Virus record (IMG/VR): IMGVR_UViG_3300020469_003155
Coordinates: 1-37,664 of that record
DNA: 37,664 bases
Origin: a virus
Taxonomy: Duplodnaviria > Caudoviricetes
Strand: one strand, 5' to 3'
Shown here one piece after another: positions 18,704 through 26,212 of this stretch. Both the position numbers and the translations under genes were made by a program. Within the stretch, counting starts at the first letter, position 1. Every line of letters starts with the position of its first letter. Below the pieces are notes generated by a model. The model worked only from the letters and a program-made list of their open reading frames with translations, did not search any database and was not told the origin of the DNA.

Positions 18704-19861
18704 ATGATATGTAAAATGCCTTGGCATGCAATTTGTTTAAGTGCAATTGGCGATATAAAACCTTGTTGTCTATTTTCCGCTAAAGGAAGACCTCCTAATA
18801 CTGAATATCCAACAATTATGGAAAACTGGAATAGTCCGCGTATGCAAGACTTACGTCAAGAATTTCTAAATGGTGAAAAACCAAAAGACTGCAATAGCTG
18901 TTGGGAGAGAGAAGAGCAAGTAGGACATAGTAGAAGAACATGGTTCGATCAAAAGTTTGGAAAATACATTACTGAACCTACAACAGACCTAATAGTAAAC
19001 AATCCACAAATCGTACAGGCAGATATAAACCTATCAAACATATGCAACCTAAAATGCCGTATGTGTGGATCGTGGGCAAGCAATAGTTGGTTTGAGGAAG
19101 AGGTTGCCTTAGCCGTGAAGGACCGTCGATATCAGAAGAATAGTAAGCCACAGAGTATACGCAATGTTTCTGTGGAAGATATTCAGAATATATTACCGCA
19201 CATTAGGACTATTAAGAGGATAGACTTCAAAGGTGGCGAACCAATGCTTGCTAAACATCATGATGATTTCCTACAGTGGATGATTGATGAAGGTATGACT
19301 GATGTACACTTGTTATATACTACAAATGGCACAGTACGAAATCCACGTATTTTAAAACTACTAAGCCAGTTTAAAAAAATAAACCTAGTATTCAGTATTG
19401 AAGGTACAGGAACACGTTATAGTTACATACGTGGTGGCAAATATGATATTGCTCAAATTGAAGAAAATATGAGAAAGTATAATAAGTTAGAAAACGTTGA
19501 GATTAACTTTAATGTTACCCTACAAAATTACAACTTGTTGAACCTATTAGAGTTGTATAAATTGCTACATGAATGGCAATATAAATATGATAGAGTAGAT
19601 GCAACCAATGCCTTTACTTACAATTCAGTAATCTCACCAGATTACTTGAGTCCCTTAAATGTACCTAATGAAATGCGTGATATTGCTTTAGATCAGTTAC
19701 AGGATATAGACGACTTTAAAAATTTATGCAAAAGTTTACGCAATCGTAAATTTGATCAAGATAAGTGGAATACTTTTATTGACTTTACAATAGACCTTGA
19801 TAAACTAAGAAATGACAATATATTAGATCATTGTCTAGAATTTGAGAAATACTTTGACTAA
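18704..19861 (+). CDS. Radical SAM enzyme with N-terminal SPASM/twitch-like domain
   Basis: CKMPW...GDIKPCC...WNSPRMQDLR...CNSCW, then CNLKCRMC, FKGGEPML, YTTNGT, FSIEG. Confidence 0.9.
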   Translation: MICKMPWHAICLSAIGDIKPCCLFSAKGRPPNTEYPTIMENWNSPRMQDLRQEFLNGEKPKDCNSCWEREEQVGHSRRTWFDQKFGKYITEPTTDLIVNNPQIVQADINLSNICNLKCRMCGSWASNSWFEEEVALAVKDRRYQKNSKPQSIRNVSVEDIQNILPHIRTIKRIDFKGGEPMLAKHHDDFLQWMIDEGMTDVHLLYTTNGTVRNPRILKLLSQFKKINLVFSIEGTGTRYSYIRGGKYDIAQIEENMRKYNKLENVEINFNVTLQNYNLLNLLELYKLLHEWQYKYDRVDATNAFTYNSVISPDYLSPLNVPNEMRDIALDQLQDIDDFKNLCKSLRNRKFDQDKWNTFIDFTIDLDKLRNDNILDHCLEFEKYFD

Positions 19862-21374
19862 GATAGTAAGCATAGAAGATAATCACGCATCTAAAACTGA
19901 CATTACGTTAATATGTATACCAAAATTAACAGTCAAAGGACCTTTGTTATCCCTTACTCAACTTCAAGCATGTATAAAACAATCTAATTTTACTTCTACT
20001 TGTTATGATTTTAATATATGGTTTTATAATAAAACAATTGATACTAAGTTAAGTTATATATGGAAAGTTTTGGACAACACTCTGATAACTGAAAAAATTA
20101 AAAAAATTGAGACAGAATATATAAATTTTTGGAATGTTTTTTTTGATGAAATTGTTAAAAAGGATAATCCAAAAATTTTAGGTTTATGTGCATTTTCAAG
20201 TTGGTCTTATCCGGGTATTGATATAATTGTTAAAGAAGTTAAAAAAAATTATCCAAACATAAAAATTTTAATAGGAGGTCCGGCAGTAAGAGATGCACCT
20301 CCCGACAAATCATCATACGGTTTAGATAACAATAAAGATTATTTTATAAATTTACAAAACAAAAACTTAATTGATGATTTTATTTGTGGAGATGCAGAAA
20401 AAAGTATTGTAGAATATCTTAGGGGTAATATGAATTATCCTGGAATTAATAATTTTGAACCTCAAGATATTATTAATCAAGAAGATATACCTACTCCGGA
20501 TTATGAAAATATTGATATGTCAGCTTATAAAGATCCTCATTATTATATTAGAGGATCTAGAGGATGTGTTAGAAAATGTGCATTTTGTAATGTGCCTTTA
20601 CTTTGGAAAACATTCAGATGGAGAAGTGGCAAGCATATTGCTGATGAAATTATTAATTTGTATGAAAAATATAATGTAAAAAAGTTTTATTTAATTGATA
20701 GTTTAACCAATGGTAATCAAAAAGAATTTATGAATTTAATGAATTGGATAAGTCAATACAAAAAACTTACAAAAGCTAAATTTTCCATTGGTGGTCAATT
20801 TATTATGAGAGAAAAAAATCAAGTACCTCTTGAAATGTTTTCGCTTATGAAAGAAGCTGGATATAACGAACCTACAATAGGAATTGAATCAGGAAGTGAA
20901 AAAGTTAGAAAAGAATTAGGAAAATATTTTTCTAATGAAAGTATTGAATTTCATTTAGAAGAAATGAACAAAGTTGGTTTAAAAATGGTTCCATTGTTTT
21001 TTGTAGGTTTTCCAACTGAAACTGATAATGATTTTGATCAATCAGTCAATATTTTAAGTCTGTTTGCTAAATATCCGAATGTAGTAAATTTAATACATAT
21101 GGATCATCCTATGCATGTTATTGAAGGAACTCCTGTTGCAATGGATCATGAAAGATTTGATATTTTAAATGTTACAAACTCATTTATATGGGAGAGTAAA
21201 CACAGTGATTATAAAAAAAGAATAGAAAGGTTTTTTATTTTCCTTGATAAAGCCATTGAATTGAATCTTTATAAGAGACCTAGAGTATCCGACAAAGCAT
21301 ACACTATGATTAATGATTATAAAACATATAGCAATTTAGATAAAGGTGTTTTACAAATAATGGATAGTTGGTAA
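19842..21374 (+). CDS. Cobalamin-binding radical SAM enzyme (class B methylase-like)
   Basis: B12-binding-like ILGLCAFSSW...ILIGGPA, then GDAEKS, GSRGCVRKCAFC, IGIESGSEKVR, FVGFPTET. TTG start (19842 or 19854). Confidence 0.88.
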   Translation: MRNTLTKIVSIEDNHASKTDITLICIPKLTVKGPLLSLTQLQACIKQSNFTSTCYDFNIWFYNKTIDTKLSYIWKVLDNTLITEKIKKIETEYINFWNVFFDEIVKKDNPKILGLCAFSSWSYPGIDIIVKEVKKNYPNIKILIGGPAVRDAPPDKSSYGLDNNKDYFINLQNKNLIDDFICGDAEKSIVEYLRGNMNYPGINNFEPQDIINQEDIPTPDYENIDMSAYKDPHYYIRGSRGCVRKCAFCNVPLLWKTFRWRSGKHIADEIINLYEKYNVKKFYLIDSLTNGNQKEFMNLMNWISQYKKLTKAKFSIGGQFIMREKNQVPLEMFSLMKEAGYNEPTIGIESGSEKVRKELGKYFSNESIEFHLEEMNKVGLKMVPLFFVGFPTETDNDFDQSVNILSLFAKYPNVVNLIHMDHPMHVIEGTPVAMDHERFDILNVTNSFIWESKHSDYKKRIERFFIFLDKAIELNLYKRPRVSDKAYTMINDYKTYSNLDKGVLQIMDSW

Positions 21375-21889
21375 TGAATTTTGATGCGTACATTTATGAA
21401 ATTAAATTAAATTATGATAAACAAAAGTTAATTAACGAAGGCGAGTGTATTGGTTATAATAAAACACGAGCGACAAGGCGTATTTATGAAGCCAGAATTG
21501 ATAACTTTGAATTTTTAAAAAAATATAATGAAATTAATAATGTTTATTCACAAATAAAAAATATATTTAAAAAAGATATTAAAACAATATCATTTTATAA
21601 ATTACCCATTGGTGAAGCAATAAGCCCGCACAAAGATCATTTCAACGCAAAAAATAATGTTGGTTTTGCTATTAACATATTGTTAACAGAAGATAACCAA
21701 ACTCCTTTAAAATTTATTATTGAAGATAAACATTATGATATATTTTATAATTGTATATTGTTTAATGCAGGTAATGTAATGCATTATGTACCAAAAGTCA
21801 ACAAAGAAAGAATCTTAATAAGATATTTTGTCAAAGATATGACATACGAAGAAGGAAAAAGTATATGTCAAAACCAATTACATACTTGA
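21374..21889 (+). CDS. Fe(II)/2OG oxygenase-like (cupin fold)
   Basis: ISPHKD (HxD), FAINILL, LFNAGNVMHYV (His), ERILIR (Arg). TAATG-coupled start at 21374. Confidence 0.68.
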   Translation: MNFDAYIYEIKLNYDKQKLINEGECIGYNKTRATRRIYEARIDNFEFLKKYNEINNVYSQIKNIFKKDIKTISFYKLPIGEAISPHKDHFNAKNNVGFAINILLTEDNQTPLKFIIEDKHYDIFYNCILFNAGNVMHYVPKVNKERILIRYFVKDMTYEEGKSICQNQLHT

Positions 21890-21890
21890 G

Positions 21891-21898
21891 TATAAATA
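21891..21898 (+). promoter_or_regulatory. Consensus T4 late promoter TATAAATA
   Basis: Perfect match, followed by AGGGG RBS and ATG 21924. Confidence 0.8.
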
Positions 21899-21923
21899 CA
21901 TATAGTTAATTATAGGGGATAAG

Positions 21924-22556
21924 ATGTATATTGTTTATGGATTTATTTGGTATCTTGTTATAGCACATTTTTCAGTATCAGCCGGTCTTCATCGGTACTT
22001 TGCACACAAGGCTTTTAAAGCAAATTGGTTATATGAAATATTTGTGTTATGGTCAACAAACCTAATAGGACTCAGAAGTCCCATTGGATGGATGGGTGTT
22101 CATAGAATGCATCATCATCACTCTGACACAGAACTGGATCCGCACTCTCCATTGACCAAAGGTTTTTGGAAAGTACTTTTTGGCATGTTTAAGATAGATC
22201 ATATTCCGTCAAAATATGTTAGAGATTTATATAAAAATCCTCGCATTCTTTTCTTTCATAAATATTGGCACATTATATGGGGAGTACAAATACTAATTGC
22301 GTTACTCATTTCTTGGCAGTTTCTTGTTGCTTATACTGTTATACCTAGTATAATGGCACTAATTGGGTTTGGTTCGGTAAATGCATTATGTCACATTAAT
22401 GGGAAATCAAGAAATGTACCAGCTATAAATCTAATAGCAGCAGGCGAAGGTTATCACGCTGAACACCATAAAGGAAAAAACTTAAGGTTTCATAAATGGG
22501 ATCATATGGGAGCATTACTAGAATGGGCGATGAGAAAGAAAATAATCGCAAAATAA
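21924..22556 (+). CDS. Membrane fatty acid desaturase (delta-9-like)
   Basis: Three His boxes GLHRYFAH, HRMHHHHSD..DPHSP, GEGYHAEHH, with hydrophobic segments. Confidence 0.9.
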   Translation: MYIVYGFIWYLVIAHFSVSAGLHRYFAHKAFKANWLYEIFVLWSTNLIGLRSPIGWMGVHRMHHHHSDTELDPHSPLTKGFWKVLFGMFKIDHIPSKYVRDLYKNPRILFFHKYWHIIWGVQILIALLISWQFLVAYTVIPSIMALIGFGSVNALCHINGKSRNVPAINLIAAGEGYHAEHHKGKNLRFHKWDHMGALLEWAMRKKIIAK

Positions 22557-22561
22557 ATGAC

Positions 22562-23107
22562 ATGAAAGGCTATGATAGCCAAGTAAATGCAAAAGATCAA
22601 TACAATATAAGATCAGACATTGGATTTGGAAGAAAAACATATCCATGGACTTTAGTATCAAAATTTTGTGATATTCCTTTAGACATATATCAAGATATAC
22701 TAGAAGAAGCAAAGACTGCTTCTTATGAGCCATACTTTGCCTTTAACTTTGCTTATGTTGATCATCCTTGGGCTCACGAAATTGTAGAAAAATACGATGA
22801 AATATATGGATGTTTATTTCTTAAAATAGATGAAGGATCTAATGTTCTGCCTCATTGTGATCCAGTAAGAACAAGTAGTATAATTGCCCCTATGTGTTAC
22901 GAAGATGAAGTGTATACACCTTTAGAAATTTATGCAGACGAGACTATCTACACCATTGGTTATTCAGAACGTAAAGCGGCATGGGCATGGAACTGTAAAC
23001 AACCACATGCTGTTTTTAATAAAAACCACAAGGATAGAGTAAATCTTCAATGGAATCTTAATATCCCTTACAAGCAATTTTATGAAAAATATTTAACCAA
23101 TGGTTAA
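22562..23107 (+). CDS. Fe(II)/2OG oxygenase-like (cupin fold)
   Basis: VLPHCD (HxD), WNCKQPHAVFN (His), DRVNLQ (Arg). Start moved to ATG 22562 to avoid a 61-nt overlap. Confidence 0.68.
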   Translation: MKGYDSQVNAKDQYNIRSDIGFGRKTYPWTLVSKFCDIPLDIYQDILEEAKTASYEPYFAFNFAYVDHPWAHEIVEKYDEIYGCLFLKIDEGSNVLPHCDPVRTSSIIAPMCYEDEVYTPLEIYADETIYTIGYSERKAAWAWNCKQPHAVFNKNHKDRVNLQWNLNIPYKQFYEKYLTNG

Positions 23108-23765
23108 AAATCTTAGAAATCAAATATATTTAAAATATAATGTACGTGAGTATTTTGAAAATATAGTTTCCCTAAAAGATAAAGTTGTAGTCGATTGGGG
23201 GTGTAATCATGGAAACATGTTGGAATATCAACCTTGTGATTTTGACTATATTGGATTAGATATTGACAAATATATCATTGAACAAAATCGATCTAAATGG
23301 CCTCAGCATGAGTGGATTCATATGGATGCTCATAATCATCAGTACCACCCCCATGGTGGTAACGAGTGGGCTGAAATTAGACCTCATGATTTAGTTTTAA
23401 TGTTTAGTATATTTACACACATGGACGTAGATACTATGCATGAATATATTGGTAAAATGGAAGCTCCACTACTAAGTACATTTATTCCCAGTAATGATAA
23501 AGAAAAATTACAAACAGCTTTAGGATATAGACTTACATCTGATCTGTATACACAAGTATTAGACAAACCGTTCTGTTATATCGTTGCTACACCCGATGAT
23601 GTATTAATATATGAGAATATTAGATCAATGCCTTTTAAAGATCCAAAAATATGGTATTTTTTAGTAGTTCATCATCCCGACTATATGAGACAATATGGTG
23701 AAATCATTGATACACCATACGAAACAGGAATTAGAAATACACAGCTATGCTTATCAGTAAAATAG
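23100..23765 (+). CDS. Class I SAM-dependent methyltransferase
   Basis: VVDWGCNHG (motif I), YIGLDID, DLVLMFSIFTHM. Confidence 0.82.
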   Translation: MVKNLRNQIYLKYNVREYFENIVSLKDKVVVDWGCNHGNMLEYQPCDFDYIGLDIDKYIIEQNRSKWPQHEWIHMDAHNHQYHPHGGNEWAEIRPHDLVLMFSIFTHMDVDTMHEYIGKMEAPLLSTFIPSNDKEKLQTALGYRLTSDLYTQVLDKPFCYIVATPDDVLIYENIRSMPFKDPKIWYFLVVHHPDYMRQYGEIIDTPYETGIRNTQLCLSVK

Positions 23766-24283
23766 ATGATTGGTTGTATACTGAACAACCTAGTAACGAC
23801 ACAAGGCCGGCTGAAGTATGGACTAGAAAAACCAAATCAGAAGATTTATCTGATATAGATAAATTATTATACGGATTAAAAGATACGCATTGGCTAGCTA
23901 AAAACTATACAATGGACCAAATAGAAAAGCTAAAAGTAATTTCTATTATGAAGAGAGAAGGAAAGATTGTAGGATTTTCTGGAATTCAAACTATAGATAT
24001 AGGTTCAAGGATATTATCTAGGCTATATCAAGTTCCAGAAAATAGAGTTAGATTTACTAGAGAGTTATTTAGACCTACTATACAAGCAATGGTTGAACAA
24101 CAATTATTACTAGAAGGTAACAATAATCAAGTTGTAATATCAAGAGAACCGAGACAGTCGAAATATTTTAAGAGATTTGTCGACGAACTAAATAAAAGAA
24201 GCACAGCCAAATGGACGCTTAATAATCAGTTATATGAAACTGTACCAGGTTCTTGGCAATATATAGCATGGAGAAATAAATGA
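23747..24283 (+). CDS. Putative GNAT-fold acyltransferase-like protein
   Basis: SIMKREGKIVGFSGIQ...SRILSRLY. Distant paralog of 17437 gene. Confidence 0.5.
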   Translation: MLISKIDDWLYTEQPSNDTRPAEVWTRKTKSEDLSDIDKLLYGLKDTHWLAKNYTMDQIEKLKVISIMKREGKIVGFSGIQTIDIGSRILSRLYQVPENRVRFTRELFRPTIQAMVEQQLLLEGNNNQVVISREPRQSKYFKRFVDELNKRSTAKWTLNNQLYETVPGSWQYIAWRNK

Positions 24284-24786
24284 AACAATATGGAATTCAG
24301 ACAGATGTAAACCTTGGTATGGAATTTTTTCAAGAGTATTTTGATAAAACCGAATGGGTAGAATCGTTTGAACATTATGGAGAAAGAATTCCAGACTGTA
24401 CTAATGGAAAATTAATGACAAAATTTTATGTTAAGCATATTCCAGCAGAAATGCATGACATAAAGATAAGAAAGTTTGTTCTAAAACAATTTAAAAAATA
24501 TGGAATTAAAACAAAAGACTTTCGATTAGATTTTTTTCTTGTAAAAGCTGGAGGAAGTATGCCTCCTCATGCTGATTTATATTCTGAAATAGCTTTTTTA
24601 ATGCCTCTTTCAAAAAACACCGGCTGCTTAGGTATTAAAGACGATAGCGGTGAAATGAGAATTGTGTATAACGATATGTTTATCTTAAACACCAAAAAAG
24701 TTCACTGGGTAGAAGAGCCAACAGAAGATCGACTTTTGTTTAGGTTAGCTGTCCACGATTTTCCATATACAGAAATGATCTTATAA
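24280..24786 (+). CDS. Fe(II)/2OG oxygenase-like (cupin fold)
   Basis: KAGGSMPPHAD (HxD), ILNTKKVHWV (His), DRLLFRL (Arg). ATGA-type overlap with the upstream stop. Confidence 0.7.
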   Translation: MKQYGIQTDVNLGMEFFQEYFDKTEWVESFEHYGERIPDCTNGKLMTKFYVKHIPAEMHDIKIRKFVLKQFKKYGIKTKDFRLDFFLVKAGGSMPPHADLYSEIAFLMPLSKNTGCLGIKDDSGEMRIVYNDMFILNTKKVHWVEEPTEDRLLFRLAVHDFPYTEMIL

Positions 24787-24815
24787 CGCCATCACCTAAC
24801 TCACTGTAAAGAGAA

Positions 24816-24849
24816 TAAATACATATAACCAGAATAGGGTATATGTATG
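24816..24849 (+). promoter_or_regulatory. Late promoter plus RBS/start-sequestering hairpin
   Basis: TAAATA 24816-24821. TACATATA (24820-24827) / TATATGTA (24840-24847) inverted repeat, extended by CC/GG, enclosing AGGGT. Confidence 0.68.
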
Positions 24850-25530
24850 GCGACAAGTAAGAATTTTGAACTAGGTAGTTTTGCAAATAATGTAGATCAC
24901 AATCCTGCCAATGGTGATACAACCATTGCTAATAATATTATTTTAACAGGAGAATTAAGAGGCCCGTCAACAATGATATTAGATCCTGCTGCTATAGGTG
25001 ATGCAACTGGATTATTACAAATTAAGGGGAACTTACAAGTTGATGGTACAACCACCACTATAAATAGTACCCAATTAGACGTAGATGACCTTAATATTAC
25101 TATAGCTAGTGGTGCGGCTAATGCCGCCGCGGCTGACGGTGCAGGACTCACAGTAGATGGAGCAAATGCAACATTTACATACGATGCCGCTAATGATCGT
25201 TGGACAATGAACAAGTCATTGTTTGCAACCATTGACGGTATGAGTATAGACGATCTAACTGATGTCGACACAACCACAACTGCTCCTACGAGTGGGCAAA
25301 CTATTGTATGGGACGGTGCAAAGTTTGTACCAGGTGATAGTTTTAGTCAAAGTGATTTTAATACAGCTTTTGCATCAAAAAACATAAATGATTTAAATGA
25401 TGTTGATACAACCGGTATTACCAATGGACAAGTACTAGTTTATGATTCAGCTAATACAAAATTTATAGCCGGTACTGTAAGTGGTGGTGGCGGAGGCGGA
25501 AGCGGGCTGTTTAGCTTGTTAGACTTTTAA
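24847..25530 (+). CDS. Virion fiber protein
   Basis: GPSTMILDPAAIGD...LQVDGTTTTINST...DRW module paralogous to the 7226 gene. Two DL.DVDTT...GQ..V(W/Y)D repeats. Confidence 0.75.
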   Translation: MATSKNFELGSFANNVDHNPANGDTTIANNIILTGELRGPSTMILDPAAIGDATGLLQIKGNLQVDGTTTTINSTQLDVDDLNITIASGAANAAAADGAGLTVDGANATFTYDAANDRWTMNKSLFATIDGMSIDDLTDVDTTTTAPTSGQTIVWDGAKFVPGDSFSQSDFNTAFASKNINDLNDVDTTGITNGQVLVYDSANTKFIAGTVSGGGGGGSGLFSLLDF

Positions 25531-25536
25531 TAAATA
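25531..25536 (+). promoter_or_regulatory. T4-type late promoter
   Basis: aTAAATA. Shares TAAATAAGTATAACA with the promoter at 30984. Confidence 0.7.
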
Positions 25537-25558
25537 AGTATAACAGACAAGGAAGAAC

Positions 25559-25888
25559 ATGCCTACATTTACCACATATAAGACAGCGACAATAAACACA
25601 ACATCAGGTACGACTCTTGTAACTTGTGGTGCTGGACAACATTTTTTACATAGTGCATATGCAACAAATGTTGAAGGCAGTGCAATGCCTATTACATTAG
25701 AAATAGTACATGCAGATACGACCGTGACACATGTCGCTCACAAACGTAAAATTTTTCCCAATGAAACAGTTGACTTGGCATCTCAAAACAAAATATACTT
25801 ACTAACTGGAGATGCATTAAAAGTTAAAGCAGACAGAGCAAATGCTTTTACTGTATCAATAAGTCTATTAGATGAGGCTAACACATAA
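25559..25888 (+). CDS. Small virion protein
   Basis: 109 aa, beta-rich, resembles 8072..8380 (KIYLLTGDALKV vs KIIAEASDTIIV). AAGGA RBS. Confidence 0.7.
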   Translation: MPTFTTYKTATINTTSGTTLVTCGAGQHFLHSAYATNVEGSAMPITLEIVHADTTVTHVAHKRKIFPNETVDLASQNKIYLLTGDALKVKADRANAFTVSISLLDEANT

Positions 25889-26166
25889 TGAGCATTAACG
25901 ATTCAAGAACAGATAGTACAGGCGGAATATACACAGGAACACAGTACGGTGATAAAACATTTTATGGTTTTAAATTAAACAATCTCACAGGAGATTTGAC
26001 TGTAGAAATTATTGATGCTAACGATACTGATCCTATTGTGCTACCAGATACTATATATTCTGAGGTAATAGGGCCAAATGATTATAAACAACATTTTTGG
26101 AGTATTGATGCTATTGAGTTTGAAATACATACTGATGGTCATCTTAGGATGAAGTTTCTATCATGA
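25888..26166 (+). CDS. Small hypothetical virion-associated protein
   Basis: 92 aa, TAATG-coupled; FYGFKL...YKQHFW...DGHL. Precedes the giant repeat protein. Confidence 0.68.
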   Translation: MSINDSRTDSTGGIYTGTQYGDKTFYGFKLNNLTGDLTVEIIDANDTDPIVLPDTIYSEVIGPNDYKQHFWSIDAIEFEIHTDGHLRMKFLS

Positions 26167-26175
26167 CTGTTGGCA

Positions 26176-26181
26176 TAAATA
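26176..26181 (+). promoter_or_regulatory. T4-type late promoter
   Basis: caTAAATA, AGGA RBS, ATG 26213. Confidence 0.7.
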
Positions 26182-26212
26182 TTAGTAGATACAAAATGAC
26201 AGGACGCAATAA

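Noticed and set aside
21896-21929. Start-sequestering hairpin at the desaturase promoter (ATACAT/ATGTAT)
   Set aside because: Only 6 AT-rich pairs with a 22-nt loop; too weak to distinguish from chance.
16515-24786. Lower GC of the island as proof of recent horizontal transfer
   Set aside because: Spot counts suggest it is more AT-rich, but the flanks are GC-inflated by Gly/Ala/Thr codons. A third-position analysis is needed.
16515-24786. Island as a DNA hypermodification or 7-deazaguanine cluster
   Set aside because: No thymidylate-synthase-like, kinase, DpdA, FolE or QueC/D genes are recognisable, and the context is late and structural. Not preferred, though not formally excluded.
24787-24815. 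Possible tRNA or small RNA in the short intergenic gaps
   Set aside because: Gaps are under 50 nt (85 nt after gp23, occupied by the terminator) and show no cloverleaf or T-loop motif.
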